Positions 30,321 through 40,578 of a DNA stretch of 64,000 nucleotides are shown piece by piece. Source of the stretch: an uncultured cyanobacterium (GTDB lineage: Bacteria; Cyanobacteriota; Cyanobacteriia; Cyanobacteriales; CAWCAG01); assembly GCA_963793425.1 (NCBI GenBank), contig CAWCAG010000005.1, positions 1,920,001 through 1,984,000 on the forward strand. Direction: 5' to 3'. The position numbers and the translations under genes are program-made. The first letter of the stretch is position 1, and each line of letters begins with the position of its first letter. Below the pieces are notes generated by a model. It worked only from the letters and a program-made list of their open reading frames with translations. It ran no database searches and was not told the DNA's origin.

Positions 30321-31058
30321 ATGAATAATACTAAGGTTGTTTCTACAACATTATCCTTAGCCACTTTAGGGATATTAAACAGTGCAATGGCAGCCAACGC
30401 TGCTACTTTTACTCCTTTAACTGACTTAACAGACGGAGGATTTAATCAACTTCTTGGAGAAGGCAAATTTACAGAAGATTTTATTGCCGAAAGCCGTATT
30501 GGTATTTCTGGTAGCGGAGACTTTGAAATTGATATCCAAGAAGTTGAACCACCCGGCCCAGGAGGGATACCTCAGCCGACTGCTGAATTTGAATGGGGTA
30601 ATAACCAACCAGTTGATTTTCGTTTAGAATATGATGGCTCGAAGGTTATCTATACCGTTGGAGGTATAGAATTAATGAAAGAAGATGTTCAAGATTTAGC
30701 CAATATTAATAGCATTTTCCTCCGTACCCGTTCTAATGGAGATGGTAGCATCGCCGAGATTAGTAACTTAGTTGTTGATGATATGGCTTATAATGGCATA
30801 GTCCGTTCTGATGATAGTGATATCATTGACTACTTAAAAATCACCGACATTGGCAACAATTTTGTGGTGACAGGTACATCAAATTTCGCTTGGGTTGATG
30901 GCAGCCGTCCTACCCGTTCGGAGTTAGCTTATCAGTTTAAGGTTGGTACGATGGGGATGCCACCCTCACATTCTGTACCGGAACCTGCCTCTGTTTCTTT
31001 AATCTCTTTGACTTTATTAGGTGGTGCTTTTGCTTCTACCCGCCGTCGTCGTAAATAG
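30321..31058 (+). CDS. PEP-CTERM sorting domain exported protein
   Basis: Signal peptide ending ANAA; C-terminal VPEP, TM helix and RRRRK; AGGAG RBS before ATG 30321. Confidence 0.9.
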   Translation: MNNTKVVSTTLSLATLGILNSAMAANAATFTPLTDLTDGGFNQLLGEGKFTEDFIAESRIGISGSGDFEIDIQEVEPPGPGGIPQPTAEFEWGNNQPVDFRLEYDGSKVIYTVGGIELMKEDVQDLANINSIFLRTRSNGDGSIAEISNLVVDDMAYNGIVRSDDSDIIDYLKITDIGNNFVVTGTSNFAWVDGSRPTRSELAYQFKVGTMGMPPSHSVPEPASVSLISLTLLGGAFASTRRRRK

Positions 31059-31120
31059 TCTGAGTGACCCAAAAGGATATTAATAGGGTTAAAGTAATAA
31101 AAACCCAAAACCCTTAAGTC

Positions 31121-31969
31121 ATGAAGGAACGACTTCTTAGAACAATTGTTTTATTTATTGTTCTCACTATTCTATTCGCCATTCTAGAGCGCTTCTGGCC
31201 TAGTATTCCTAATCAGCGTAAATGGAGACGTGGTGTTGGTATAGATACCTTATATTGGTTCGTTACCCCCATGGTTAGCCAAATTTTGAGTATGGCTACT
31301 ATTGCTTTAATTTTAGTCCCACTTTACCTATTATTAGGGCGATCCCTAGCTTGGGAAGATATTCTCGTTGGCTATGGCCGCTTTGCAGAAATGCCCCTTT
31401 GGGGTCAAGGTTTAATCGCTATTGTTGCAGGAGATTTTATTGGTTACTGGACTCACCGTTGGCATCATACTAGGCAACTTTGGGACTACCATGCTGTTCA
31501 TCATAGTTCCAAAACCCTAGATTGGCTTTCTGCGGTGCGTTTGCATCCCATTAATGATGTAATTTCGCGAGTGATGCAAGCTTCTCCCCTGCTGCTGTTA
31601 GGAATGTCTCCTTTAGCTGTGGAACTTTATGTTCCTTTCCTCTCAGCTTATGTAGCCTTGATTCATGCTAACGTTTCTTGGACTTATGGCCCTTTTGGCT
31701 ATGTTCTCGCTAGCCCTGCTTTTCACCGCTGGCATCATACTAATGAGAAGGAAGGGAGGGGAAAAAATTTCGCCGGACTCTTTCCTGTTTACGATTTGAT
31801 CTTCGGAACTTTTTATCTGCCCCAAGGCAAGCAACCGGGAAATTTCGGTATTTATGGCGAGACGATGACGGAGAATTTTGTTGTGCAGTTGCTTTATCCT
31901 TTCCGGAGGTGGAAATTTCCTCTTCCTTTTACTGGGGCTATAGCCAAGTCAAAAGCCAAAAGGGAATAG
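31121..31969 (+). CDS. Sterol desaturase/fatty acid hydroxylase family protein
   Basis: HRWHH, HAVHHS, IHAN, HRWHH and KNFAGLFPVYDLIFGT. Confidence 0.9.
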   Translation: MKERLLRTIVLFIVLTILFAILERFWPSIPNQRKWRRGVGIDTLYWFVTPMVSQILSMATIALILVPLYLLLGRSLAWEDILVGYGRFAEMPLWGQGLIAIVAGDFIGYWTHRWHHTRQLWDYHAVHHSSKTLDWLSAVRLHPINDVISRVMQASPLLLLGMSPLAVELYVPFLSAYVALIHANVSWTYGPFGYVLASPAFHRWHHTNEKEGRGKNFAGLFPVYDLIFGTFYLPQGKQPGNFGIYGETMTENFVVQLLYPFRRWKFPLPFTGAIAKSKAKRE

Positions 31970-31988
31970 GAATATAGTTTTCTCCCCG

Positions 31989-32642
31989 TCACCTACGTCT
32001 TTGTTGTAACTTACGATAAACATCCTTAATATCGACATTGTGATGGGCTAAGGCAACAAGGGTGTGATAGAAAAGATCCGCTACTTCTGAGGCAATTTCT
32101 TCTGCTTGATCATCCTTGCAAGCCATCACTACTTCGGCGGCTTCTTCACCTATTTTTTTGAGAATCTTGTTATCCCCCCCTTGAAATAACTTGCGGGTAT
32201 AGGAACCTTCTACAGGATTATCTCTGCGATCGCAAATTACTTCGTATACTTGAGATAAGGTATCTGCTGGGGGTGCTGCTTTGGTATTGGCAATTTGATG
32301 AAAGCAGCTACGTTCTCCTTTATGACAGGCAATATCCCCAACTTGTTCTACTGTGATCAATAAAGTATCGCTATCACAATCATACCGAAGCGATTCCACT
32401 TTTTGTCGGTGGCCAGAAGTTGCTCCTTTGTGCCATAATTCCTGACGAGAACGACTCCAAAACCAAGTTTCGCCAGTATTTAAAGTCTTTTGCAAAGATT
32501 CTTTGTTCATCCAAGCCATCATTAAGACCACACCATCTAAATAGTCTTGTACAATAGCTGGGACTAAACCTTGCTCGTTGTAGCGAATTTTATCTACGGG
32601 AATAGCTTGGAGAAAAGAGTTAGCTTTTGTAGTTGACACCAT
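31989..32642 (-). CDS. hisIE: Bifunctional phosphoribosyl-AMP cyclohydrolase/phosphoribosyl-ATP pyrophosphatase
   Basis: [24 protein letters not shown] and KKIGEEAAE. Confidence 0.96.
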   Translation of the reverse strand: MVSTTKANSFLQAIPVDKIRYNEQGLVPAIVQDYLDGVVLMMAWMNKESLQKTLNTGETWFWSRSRQELWHKGATSGHRQKVESLRYDCDSDTLLITVEQVGDIACHKGERSCFHQIANTKAAPPADTLSQVYEVICDRRDNPVEGSYTRKLFQGGDNKILKKIGEEAAEVVMACKDDQAEEIASEVADLFYHTLVALAHHNVDIKDVYRKLQQRRR

Positions 32643-32719
32643 AATATTTTTAATGAGAGGAAATTTTTGTTTTCTGCTTGTAGATTAATTTATTGGCTAG
32701 TTATTGGGGCTGTTTGAAA

Positions 32720-32928
32720 ATGGAAGAAGGATACAAAAAAGACCTCGCTTACATTCATGATGTCGGCTTTGGAGAAAGGAAGAAGATCCTCAGCAAAATA
32801 TCTTAACTCGTCATATTAGTAGTTTTTGTCAAGAAGGAGAATTATATAGGCGAGATAATGAGGTGCATTCCTTGCAATTGTATCAAGCAGAAGAGTTGGC
32901 TGAAAAACTGCCTAGCCATACAATCTAA
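32720..32928 (+). pseudogene. Internally deleted class I SAM-dependent methyltransferase remnant
   Basis: MEEGYKKDLAYIHDVGFG joined out of frame to KEEDPQQNILTRHISSFCQEGELYRRDNEVHSLQLY; both segments recalled from one methyltransferase family; no SAM-binding core. Confidence 0.65.
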
Positions 32929-32940
32929 ATACCTGACAGC

Positions 32941-33207
32941 TTATTCAACTACAATACACCATTCATGAAGTTCATATTCAACACAACCATGCTTAATTAA
33001 AGGATCTTCTGCGACAATTTCTTGCGCTTGTGCTAATGAATTAGCTGCAAAAAGTAACATTCCTCCACCTAATTCTCCCCAATAACCGCTCCGTGCTTGA
33101 TGCCCTTTGGCAATCAAGTTTTGTACATAGACTTTGTGGGCAGGAATATATTGGTCAAAGGTGGATTTATTGACAATTCCTTTTTCTATTTTAACAAACC
33201 AAGACAT
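32941..33207 (-). CDS. YciI family protein
   Basis: H..YV, GGGMLLF and DPLIK motifs. Confidence 0.85.
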   Translation of the reverse strand: MSWFVKIEKGIVNKSTFDQYIPAHKVYVQNLIAKGHQARSGYWGELGGGMLLFAANSLAQAQEIVAEDPLIKHGCVEYELHEWCIVVE

Positions 33208-33249
33208 TTTTATTAGGGCTATTTTTAACTAAATAATTAATTATTAATT

Positions 33250-33807
33250 ATGTCAGAATCTCAACATCGCTTCTTTATTGCCTTACTACCTTCTGTGGAA
33301 GTTCAGGACTATGCTAACCAGGTTAAACAGCAATTTGTGGAAGTTTATAACTCCCGTGCTGCTCAAAACTCTCCTCCCCATATTACTTTACAACCGCCTT
33401 TCCTATGGCAAAAAGAAAATTTACCACCTTTAGAAAAAAGTTTACAAGAATTTGCTCAAAACCAGTTTCCCATACCAATTACTTTCTCTGGTTTCGGTGC
33501 TTTCTCTCCCCGCGTTATTTATCTTAATGTTAGCAAAACTCCAGAATTACTCCAAATTAAGCAAGAGTTAGAAATTCACTTACAAAACAACTTAGGTATT
33601 GTTCATAAAGAACCTAAAAATCGACAATTTACCCCTCATTTAACTGTAGTTTCTAGAGGTTTGAGTAAAGAGAACTTTTCCTTGGCTTGGCAAGAATATA
33701 AAAATAAAGAGTTGTATTTAAAATGTACAATAGCTCAGTTAACTTTGTTGATTTATAATGGTAAAAACTGGGAGATCAAGAAAGAGTTTTCTTTATTAAA
33801 TAACTAA
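33250..33807 (+). CDS. 2H phosphoesterase (2'-5' RNA ligase family)
   Basis: PHITL and PHLTV twin HxT motifs. Confidence 0.9.
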   Translation: MSESQHRFFIALLPSVEVQDYANQVKQQFVEVYNSRAAQNSPPHITLQPPFLWQKENLPPLEKSLQEFAQNQFPIPITFSGFGAFSPRVIYLNVSKTPELLQIKQELEIHLQNNLGIVHKEPKNRQFTPHLTVVSRGLSKENFSLAWQEYKNKELYLKCTIAQLTLLIYNGKNWEIKKEFSLLNN

Positions 33808-33825
33808 CAAATTAACTTCAAATCA

Positions 33826-34227
33826 TTAGCAATCTCCAAACAAAAGCAACATCTTATCAAAAATCTCTTCCCCAGTACGAGTTTTGAGAATTTCTTGAGT
33901 TAACTCCAGAAAAGGAACATTAAGCTTGACATCAGGAGTAATGATCGCGCTGGTAGGATATAAATGATTTTCTTCCGTCTGCATCTCGTTGGTTTTACCA
34001 GTTTCCCACCTTTGCCGTTGTTCATTCCACCACAAGGAATAACCTCGCAAGGTAAACTGAAGCCATTTTACCTGCTGCTCTTGCAATTCTACAAAGAGAT
34101 CAAAATAAGGTTCCCCACCTTGATACCAAACTTTGACAACTTCTTTTTCATTGACTTTGGTTTTGAGTAACTTTTGGTTAATCCTTCGTAAGGAAGAACC
34201 CAAAGCGTCAATTTCGTTTCGCTCCAT
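33826..34227 (-). CDS. Hypothetical protein
   Basis: Intact 133-aa ORF with WYQGGEPYFDLF motif. Confidence 0.7.
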   Translation of the reverse strand: MERNEIDALGSSLRRINQKLLKTKVNEKEVVKVWYQGGEPYFDLFVELQEQQVKWLQFTLRGYSLWWNEQRQRWETGKTNEMQTEENHLYPTSAIITPDVKLNVPFLELTQEILKTRTGEEIFDKMLLLFGDC

Positions 34228-34386
34228 AAGGGTAACCTTTTTATTTACTCAGATTCAAAGCCCAAAGCCTCAAATCCGGATAATTACAGCACCCTGATTT
34301 AATTTATCACTTATTTGTCAATAAAGTTATGGAGAGATGGGGAAGCCATCTATTTTTGTTACTTACCCCATCAACCTCTCACCTTA

Positions 34387-35166
34387 TTACACTAAGGCTT
34401 TAGTATTAGGAGTGATGGGAAAGAAAGCATACTCGTACCAAGTTGTCCAGATGAAACTGCGAACCCAACGCTGACGTTTCGCCCCAGATAGCTCGTAATC
34501 AAAGCTTCCTTTGGCTTCATCAATCGTTGATAAATGTTTATTGCAATCGCAACCATGTTGATAGGTAAAACCGTAACGAGAAGCAATACTTTGTAGCTTC
34601 ATTTGTATGGCGAATACTTTCCCACCATGAAGGGCTGCATCCCAAGGGCGTTTATAGTCGCGATCGCGAGGATCATAGCGTAAAGCACGTTCTTCAAAAA
34701 GATCATCTTGGTAAATGGGGGAAAGATAAACATGGTAAAAACTAGCCGGAAGTTCATAACCGAATTCGGTAAATAGTTCCTGACAAATGCGGATTACCTT
34801 AACTTGGTTGAGGCAATTTTCACCTTGAGATGTAAAAACTTTGAGAAGATCAGCAAAATCAGGATAACTTTGTACCTGAAAGTCTTGACCATAAAATTCT
34901 AGGGTTTCTTTTCCTAGTTGGCCAAATAGTTGACCAAAATAGGGCTGTAATTTAGCAAGTTCAGGACGTTCATTAAATAAATCAACATCTCCAGTTTCTA
35001 ACTTATATAAGAACAATTGTGCTAACTCTACGTAGCTTTGAGGATTAGGAAAACCAACCTCTACTTTTCCCGCAGCGATATCTTGCCAAACCTGGGGTAA
35101 TTGAGAAATAGGAGTTGCTTTTTCACCAGCAATTGTTGTGCTTCTAGAAGCTTCAAGAAAAACCAT
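34387..35166 (-). CDS. Hypothetical protein with HGCxCxxH motif
   Basis: Intact ORF of about 260 aa; YQHGCDCNKH; start uncertain. Confidence 0.7.
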   Translation of the reverse strand: MVFLEASRSTTIAGEKATPISQLPQVWQDIAAGKVEVGFPNPQSYVELAQLFLYKLETGDVDLFNERPELAKLQPYFGQLFGQLGKETLEFYGQDFQVQSYPDFADLLKVFTSQGENCLNQVKVIRICQELFTEFGYELPASFYHVYLSPIYQDDLFEERALRYDPRDRDYKRPWDAALHGGKVFAIQMKLQSIASRYGFTYQHGCDCNKHLSTIDEAKGSFDYELSGAKRQRWVRSFIWTTWYEYAFFPITPNTKALV

Positions 35167-35277
35167 AGATGACCTCAAAAGTACTAATAATGATCCAATC
35201 TCTAGTACCCAAAGATGTCAAGAGACATTATGTCGTAGTAAAGACAGATTAGTAGATTTTCTCTTAAAAACTCAATA

Positions 35278-36048
35278 TCAAGAATCTGAATATAACTTCA
35301 AAACCCTATTTAATAACTTTTGGGCAGCAGTTTTTTTCGCTTCCTTTAACTTCTTTCCTTGCCCCTGTGACGATAAATTCCGACCTCCGAATCGACAACT
35401 TGCTTTAATGGTGAAAGTAGGTAAATGGGGTTCGCCTATCCTTTTAACCTCCAAATATTCTGGTGGAGATTCCCCTTTTTTAGCGAGGAATTCTTGCAAA
35501 GCAGAAACAGGATTTTTATGCTGAACTGAGGAGATATTCTCTTCTTTAACTTTAGCTTCTACTTGTTTTCTTAATTCACGAGGATTATAAACCTTAGCTT
35601 GATTATCTACCATTAATTCTCTTAAGGTAGCCTGTTCTAAATTAAATAGTTTTTTAATGATTTCTTGACAAGTTTCTAAACCATAATCTAAATAAATAGC
35701 ACCAAGTAAGGCTTCTAACATATCAGCTAGCATTTGCTCACCAATTTGCTCTCTACTGCTTGTACTAGGTATTACAGCCAAAGAAGCTAAATTAATTTTC
35801 TTGGCAATCTGAGCCAAATTTTGATTTTTAACGAGCTTAGCTTTAATATGAGTAAATAGACCAGGCTGGTCAATAAATTCATATTGAGTAACCAAATATT
35901 CTGCAACGATAAAACCGAGAACAGAATCACCAAAAAACTCTAAAATCTCATATTGTTGCATCGTAACGGCCATTTTATACTTATGTAAATCTTCAGGGAT
36001 AATGCCCAAATGATTTCGCAGCCAGTTACGTAACTTTTGATCACTCAT
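35278..36048 (-). CDS. Divergent ribonuclease III family protein with dsRBD
   Basis: EILEFFGDSVL, ADMLEALLGAIYLD and C-terminal NPVSALQE...AKKTAA dsRBD. Confidence 0.88.
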   Translation of the reverse strand: MSDQKLRNWLRNHLGIIPEDLHKYKMAVTMQQYEILEFFGDSVLGFIVAEYLVTQYEFIDQPGLFTHIKAKLVKNQNLAQIAKKINLASLAVIPSTSSREQIGEQMLADMLEALLGAIYLDYGLETCQEIIKKLFNLEQATLRELMVDNQAKVYNPRELRKQVEAKVKEENISSVQHKNPVSALQEFLAKKGESPPEYLEVKRIGEPHLPTFTIKASCRFGGRNLSSQGQGKKLKEAKKTAAQKLLNRVLKLYSDS

Positions 36049-36110
36049 ATAACAATAGTAATTAATCTATTGACCTGTCATCATAAATAATCCCAACCAC
36101 TAAGCAAAGA

Positions 36111-37367
36111 GTGACAATAGACTCCTTACTTCAATCTTTTCAGCGCTTCGGTGTTCACTTAGGATTAGAACGCATTGAGCAACTGTTAGCAAAATTAGGC
36201 AATCCCCATCGAAATGTACCAATTATCCATGTAGCAGGGACTAACGGGAAGGGCTCGGTTTGTGCCTATCTTTCCTCTGTATTAACCGCTGCTGGTTATT
36301 GTGTCGGGCGCTATACTTCTCCTCATTTGGTAGACTGGACAGAAAGAATCTGCCTCAACGAACAGCCCATCACCTCAGAAACTTTACAAGAATTACTACT
36401 AAAAATTCAAGGAGCTATTGAACCAAATCAAGAAAGTCCAACTCAGTTTGAGGTTATCACAGCAGCAGCATGGCTCTGCTTTGCCCAGTCTCAGGTTGAT
36501 ATTGCGGTGATAGAGGTGGGTTTGGGTGGTAGGTTAGATGCGACTAATGTCTGCGACACTCCCTTAGTTAGTGTGATAACTTCGTTAAGTCGAGAACATT
36601 GGCAACGTCTTGGCCCTGAGTTGGCAGATATTGCCAGAGAAAAGGCTGGTATCCTTAAGCCAGGTTGCCCAGGGGTAATAGGAGTTTTGCCTACTGAAGC
36701 AACAGAAGTGGTGGCAAGGCGCATTAAGGAGTTAAATTGCCCTGCTGTTTGGATTCAACCTGCCCAAGAAGTCACTTTAGAAAATGGCATCAGAGGGGCA
36801 AGTTATGAGGGAATTAACTACCCTTTGCCTTTAGAAGGTGAGATTCAATTAACTAATTCGGCGATCGCGATCGCCACTCTCAAAATTCTCCAAAGCAAGG
36901 GTTGGCAAATTCCTCTAACAGCTATTCAAGCTGGTATGGCCAAAACCACCTGGGCAGGAAGATTGCAATGGCTAAATTGGGGTGAGAGAAATATTTTAGT
37001 TGATGGCGCACATAATACTGCTGCGGCCAAGTCTCTACGGCAATACGTTGATGGTTTAGAAGTGGAGATTACTTGGGTTATGGGTATGCTAAGTACCAAA
37101 GATCATCAAGATATTTTCCAAGTCCTATTACGACCTGGGGAGCAATTATACTTAGTGCCAGTACCAGAACACAGTTCAGCTAACCCTCAAGCCCTAGCTT
37201 CCTTGGCTAAGGAGGTCTGCCCTGAGTTGACGGATTGTCAGACCTTCAGCAATCTTCCAGCAGCCTTAGAACAGGCTTTACTAACAAGCAATAACCCCAA
37301 AAGATTAATTGTCCTTTGTGGTTCCCTTTACCTAGTAGGAAATTTCTTAAGTTCTATAGGCAACTAG
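36111..37367 (+). CDS. folC: Folylpolyglutamate synthase/dihydrofolate synthase
   Basis: HVAGTNGKGS, YTSPHL, EVGLGGRLDATN and DGAHN. Confidence 0.96.
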   Translation: MTIDSLLQSFQRFGVHLGLERIEQLLAKLGNPHRNVPIIHVAGTNGKGSVCAYLSSVLTAAGYCVGRYTSPHLVDWTERICLNEQPITSETLQELLLKIQGAIEPNQESPTQFEVITAAAWLCFAQSQVDIAVIEVGLGGRLDATNVCDTPLVSVITSLSREHWQRLGPELADIAREKAGILKPGCPGVIGVLPTEATEVVARRIKELNCPAVWIQPAQEVTLENGIRGASYEGINYPLPLEGEIQLTNSAIAIATLKILQSKGWQIPLTAIQAGMAKTTWAGRLQWLNWGERNILVDGAHNTAAAKSLRQYVDGLEVEITWVMGMLSTKDHQDIFQVLLRPGEQLYLVPVPEHSSANPQALASLAKEVCPELTDCQTFSNLPAALEQALLTSNNPKRLIVLCGSLYLVGNFLSSIGN

Positions 37368-37393
37368 CAATAAGTTAAGTATAATATCTTATC

Positions 37394-37756
37394 CTACTCC
37401 CTACTCCCTTCTTCATAAAACCGACACCCTTCACAAGGGCCTTCCGGATTAACCGCACAACGGATAAGTTCTGATTTAGCATTAAAATTGCACGTCGCAT
37501 CACCGATTACCCAACGCCCTTCTATATAACTTTTTTCTGTAGGCTGTTTAGCTGATTGAACGTAAAGAGAAATCTTTTGTAAGCGATAACCGCTAATTTT
37601 GTATTGATAGTGATGGTGGCGTTCTAAAACAGCGTAGGTTTTGCCCGCAAAATCAAGATAATTGCCTGGTTGCGGTATCCAGTCAAGACTAATTTTCCCA
37701 AGGCTCTGACGAGGGTGCGTCAGAATAAGCTCCGTTGGTAGAGAATCTGGCTCCAT
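37394..37756 (-). CDS. DUF6464-family protein
   Basis: VLERHHHY, IGDATC.FNA.SE..RCAVNP.GPC..C. Confidence 0.8.
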   Translation of the reverse strand: MEPDSLPTELILTHPRQSLGKISLDWIPQPGNYLDFAGKTYAVLERHHHYQYKISGYRLQKISLYVQSAKQPTEKSYIEGRWVIGDATCNFNAKSELIRCAVNPEGPCEGCRFYEEGSRE

Positions 37757-37886
37757 TTTTTTTAGCAAAATGTATGGGGGACTACACCTCAAAATAGTAA
37801 CGTGATCGCGAAGCTACTACCACTTGCTTCAGATTATGCACAGAATTGAAAATTAAAGTTGAAGTCTTATCCTTGCTGTTTCTGTT

Positions 37887-38570
37887 ATGCCAACTCAAAC
37901 ATTTTTCAATTTGCCAGAGAACAAACGGCAAACCATCACCGATAATGCGATCGCTGAATTTGCTACTCATGATTATGCCAATGCTTCAATTACGCAAATT
38001 GTTAAACAATCCAAAATAGCTAAGGGTAGTTTTTATCAATATTTTGAAAATAAAAAAGAACTTTATTTATATCTTATTGATTTAGCTACTCAACAGAAAC
38101 TAAACTTTTTACAAAAAGCAAATCCACCTCAACCTAAGATGGGCTTTTTTCCCTATCTACGTTGGATATTTGAGGTAGGAACTCAATTCGATTTAACTCA
38201 TCCAGCCCTTAAACAAATTTTTTATCGAGCTATTTATGGTGATCTACCTTTTCGGGATGAGGTCTTAGAGATAACTCAAGGTTCATCACTACAATACATA
38301 GAAACATTAGTTAGACAAGGAGTTGAGCAAGGAGATATTGCTACAGATATTGAGCCAGAGTTTGCCGCTTTTGTAATTACAGCTTTAGGAGAAGGATTAG
38401 GAAAGTTTATTCCTAAAAAGCTTGGTATTGACGCTAAACAAATAACTGAACAAGGTGTTGATATAAAAGCAGTAAAGGAGATTTTTGATGACTTATTTCG
38501 TGTCCTTGAATATGGATTGAGTCGTCAAACTGAGCAGCCTGAATCAATAATTTCAGAAAAAAGGGAATAG
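37887..38570 (+). CDS. TetR/AcrR family regulator
   Basis: MPTQTFFNLP...IAKGSFYQYFENKKELY. Confidence 0.93.
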   Translation: MPTQTFFNLPENKRQTITDNAIAEFATHDYANASITQIVKQSKIAKGSFYQYFENKKELYLYLIDLATQQKLNFLQKANPPQPKMGFFPYLRWIFEVGTQFDLTHPALKQIFYRAIYGDLPFRDEVLEITQGSSLQYIETLVRQGVEQGDIATDIEPEFAAFVITALGEGLGKFIPKKLGIDAKQITEQGVDIKAVKEIFDDLFRVLEYGLSRQTEQPESIISEKRE

Positions 38571-38687
38571 GGATAAAGTCATTATAATTGATGATTTCGA
38601 CATGAAAATCTATTCCTTTTTGCTTCCAAGCATGTCTATTGCTCAAGGAAAGTTTTCCTTACTGTGGCGAAAGTCAATTTCATAAGC

Positions 38688-38724
38688 TACAATACGACTA
38701 TACAGTCACATGACCAAGTGGCCA
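38688..38724 (+). promoter_or_regulatory. -10 box followed by two TetR-like operator palindromes
   Basis: TACAAT then CGACTATACAGTCA and TGACCAAGTGGCCA (tGAC-N6-GtCa). Confidence 0.5.
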
Positions 38725-38777
38725 TAAAAATAACCACTTAAAGACTGGCAAGATTTTCACCACAGGAGTTTATACTC

Positions 38778-39452
38778 ATGGCGACCATTAAACGCTTCAT
38801 CAAAGCAATTAAAGACTACTACCAATCAAATCAAGTAGGAGACATAGCGTTTCTGAAAATTGACTTACTTCGTATTGGTGCAAATCCTGATTTAACAACT
38901 CAACTACAGGAAATCGCAGGTTACTATCCCACTGTCGATTTAGAAAAACTTAGTCAGTTACCAGAAGGAACATTAGGTTATGAATATGCTCGTCATATGC
39001 AAAAGCACAATCTATACCCGTTAGAAATCAGTCCTGATTTAATTGAAGCTGCTAAAGCTAATCCTTTTGCTTTAAGGTTTACTGCTACCCACGATATTTT
39101 TCATATCTTACTTGGCTTTGATACTACCTATGCAGGTGAAATAGGAGTAATCGGGTTTATGATTGGTCAAAACTACAGCAAGTTTTTAAACACATACGAA
39201 CCCGTAGCAAAACGCCTTTACCCTCTAATATTTCTCTCCCAAGCTGAACAGATCCGTACTAATCTTCGCCGAGGTAAAGCTATAGGTGAACAAGCCCAAT
39301 GTCTTCTTGCTTATCGATTTGAAGAAAATTGGGAACGTTCGATTGCTGATATTCGTTCTGAGTTAGGGCTAGCCTTTGCAGATGAGCAGATTGAAAGAGA
39401 ATTAAACACAGCAATTACTAATAGTCCAACCCCAGAAACTATCGTTGCTTGA
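38778..39452 (+). CDS. Coq4 family protein
   Basis: LPEGTLGYEY and HDIFHILLGFDTTYAGE (HDxxH...E). Confidence 0.88.
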   Translation: MATIKRFIKAIKDYYQSNQVGDIAFLKIDLLRIGANPDLTTQLQEIAGYYPTVDLEKLSQLPEGTLGYEYARHMQKHNLYPLEISPDLIEAAKANPFALRFTATHDIFHILLGFDTTYAGEIGVIGFMIGQNYSKFLNTYEPVAKRLYPLIFLSQAEQIRTNLRRGKAIGEQAQCLLAYRFEENWERSIADIRSELGLAFADEQIERELNTAITNSPTPETIVA

Positions 39453-39504
39453 ATTGATAAATGTGGGAAGGAAAACTTCTCGTTAAAAGAATATCCTTTA
39501 TCCC

Positions 39505-40578
39505 TTATTCTTTCTGTGTTAATTGAGTTAATGTTGCTGCCATAACATCAGTGGTTTGCCCAGAAACAGAAAACAACAAAGCTTCTTGATAAACTCTTTG
39601 AGCAGGATGATTTGCATAATTAGCAGCACCGCTAGATACTGCTACTGCACCTTGGGCGCAACATCCAGCTAAGTTAATGGCTTTCGCTCTTAAGGTTAGT
39701 TTTTCCCGAAAAGATGCTTCTACATTTTCTTCAGCTTCTAACAAGTTTTCACGAAGTTTGCTTAATTCTTGTTCTAGAATCAGGAAAGCATCTTTGATAA
39801 AAGAGAGTTGTTTTTTATCATAACTTGCTGCCATAATATCAAGCCCTGCCCTAGCACAACCTAAACTATAAAAAGCTTGTTGTAAAACATTATTTTTATC
39901 CTGTTGATGAATCTTTCCTGCTGGCTGTAAAGAGACTACTTGTTCTTGGGGTAAAAACCAGTTTTGTAAGCTAGCACTAACTGTATTTGTAGAGTTCACT
40001 GCTGCTAGTTTTTGAGGTAAAGAAAAGCTGATTTCTCCTTCTTTTTCCTGGCTATTTTGAAAGGGCATCATGCCATAAACAACTTCTCCATCAGGTAAAG
40101 TTGCCCCGACAATAAAGTGATGAAAAAAACTAAAACCCGTTAACCAGGGAATCTTCCCTTCTAAGCGATAGCCCCCAGATACGGGAAATGCTTTAGCAAT
40201 AGGTTCTCCAGGGCGACGAACATGGGAAAAACCGATACCTAATAATATTTCCCCTTGACTGGTGAAAGGTAAATACTTCTGTTTTAATAACTCGTTGCTA
40301 CTTTTCATTAAACGATAAGCAGCACTTTGATGTTGAGTTTGCAGAAAAGCTAATGCACCGGAGTAGCGAGAAATGATTTCTTGAAAGAGGCGAAATTCTT
40401 TGGTACTAAAGCCTCCGCCGCCCCAATTTTGAGATACCCGTAAAGCTAGTAAGTTGCGATCGCCCATTCCTTGTAAAGCGATTGCTAAGGCTTGGCTATC
40501 TTTGTCTATTTTGTCTGCTTGAGGGGCAACAAATTCCTGCAAATACTGTTCGGCAATTTGAAGTAATTTGTTTGGCAT
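39505..40578 (-). CDS. Acyl-CoA dehydrogenase family protein
   Basis: GALAFLQTQHQSA, G..PWLTG and HPAQRVYQEA. Confidence 0.85.
   Translation of the reverse strand: MPNKLLQIAEQYLQEFVAPQADKIDKDSQALAIALQGMGDRNLLALRVSQNWGGGGFSTKEFRLFQEIISRYSGALAFLQTQHQSAAYRLMKSSNELLKQKYLPFTSQGEILLGIGFSHVRRPGEPIAKAFPVSGGYRLEGKIPWLTGFSFFHHFIVGATLPDGEVVYGMMPFQNSQEKEGEISFSLPQKLAAVNSTNTVSASLQNWFLPQEQVVSLQPAGKIHQQDKNNVLQQAFYSLGCARAGLDIMAASYDKKQLSFIKDAFLILEQELSKLRENLLEAEENVEASFREKLTLRAKAINLAGCCAQGAVAVSSGAANYANHPAQRVYQEALLFSVSGQTTDVMAATLTQLTQKE

Noticed and set aside
33250..36048. RNA repair operon (2H phosphoesterase plus RNase III)
   Set aside because: The genes are on opposite strands and separated by unrelated ORFs; no ligase or Rtc genes.
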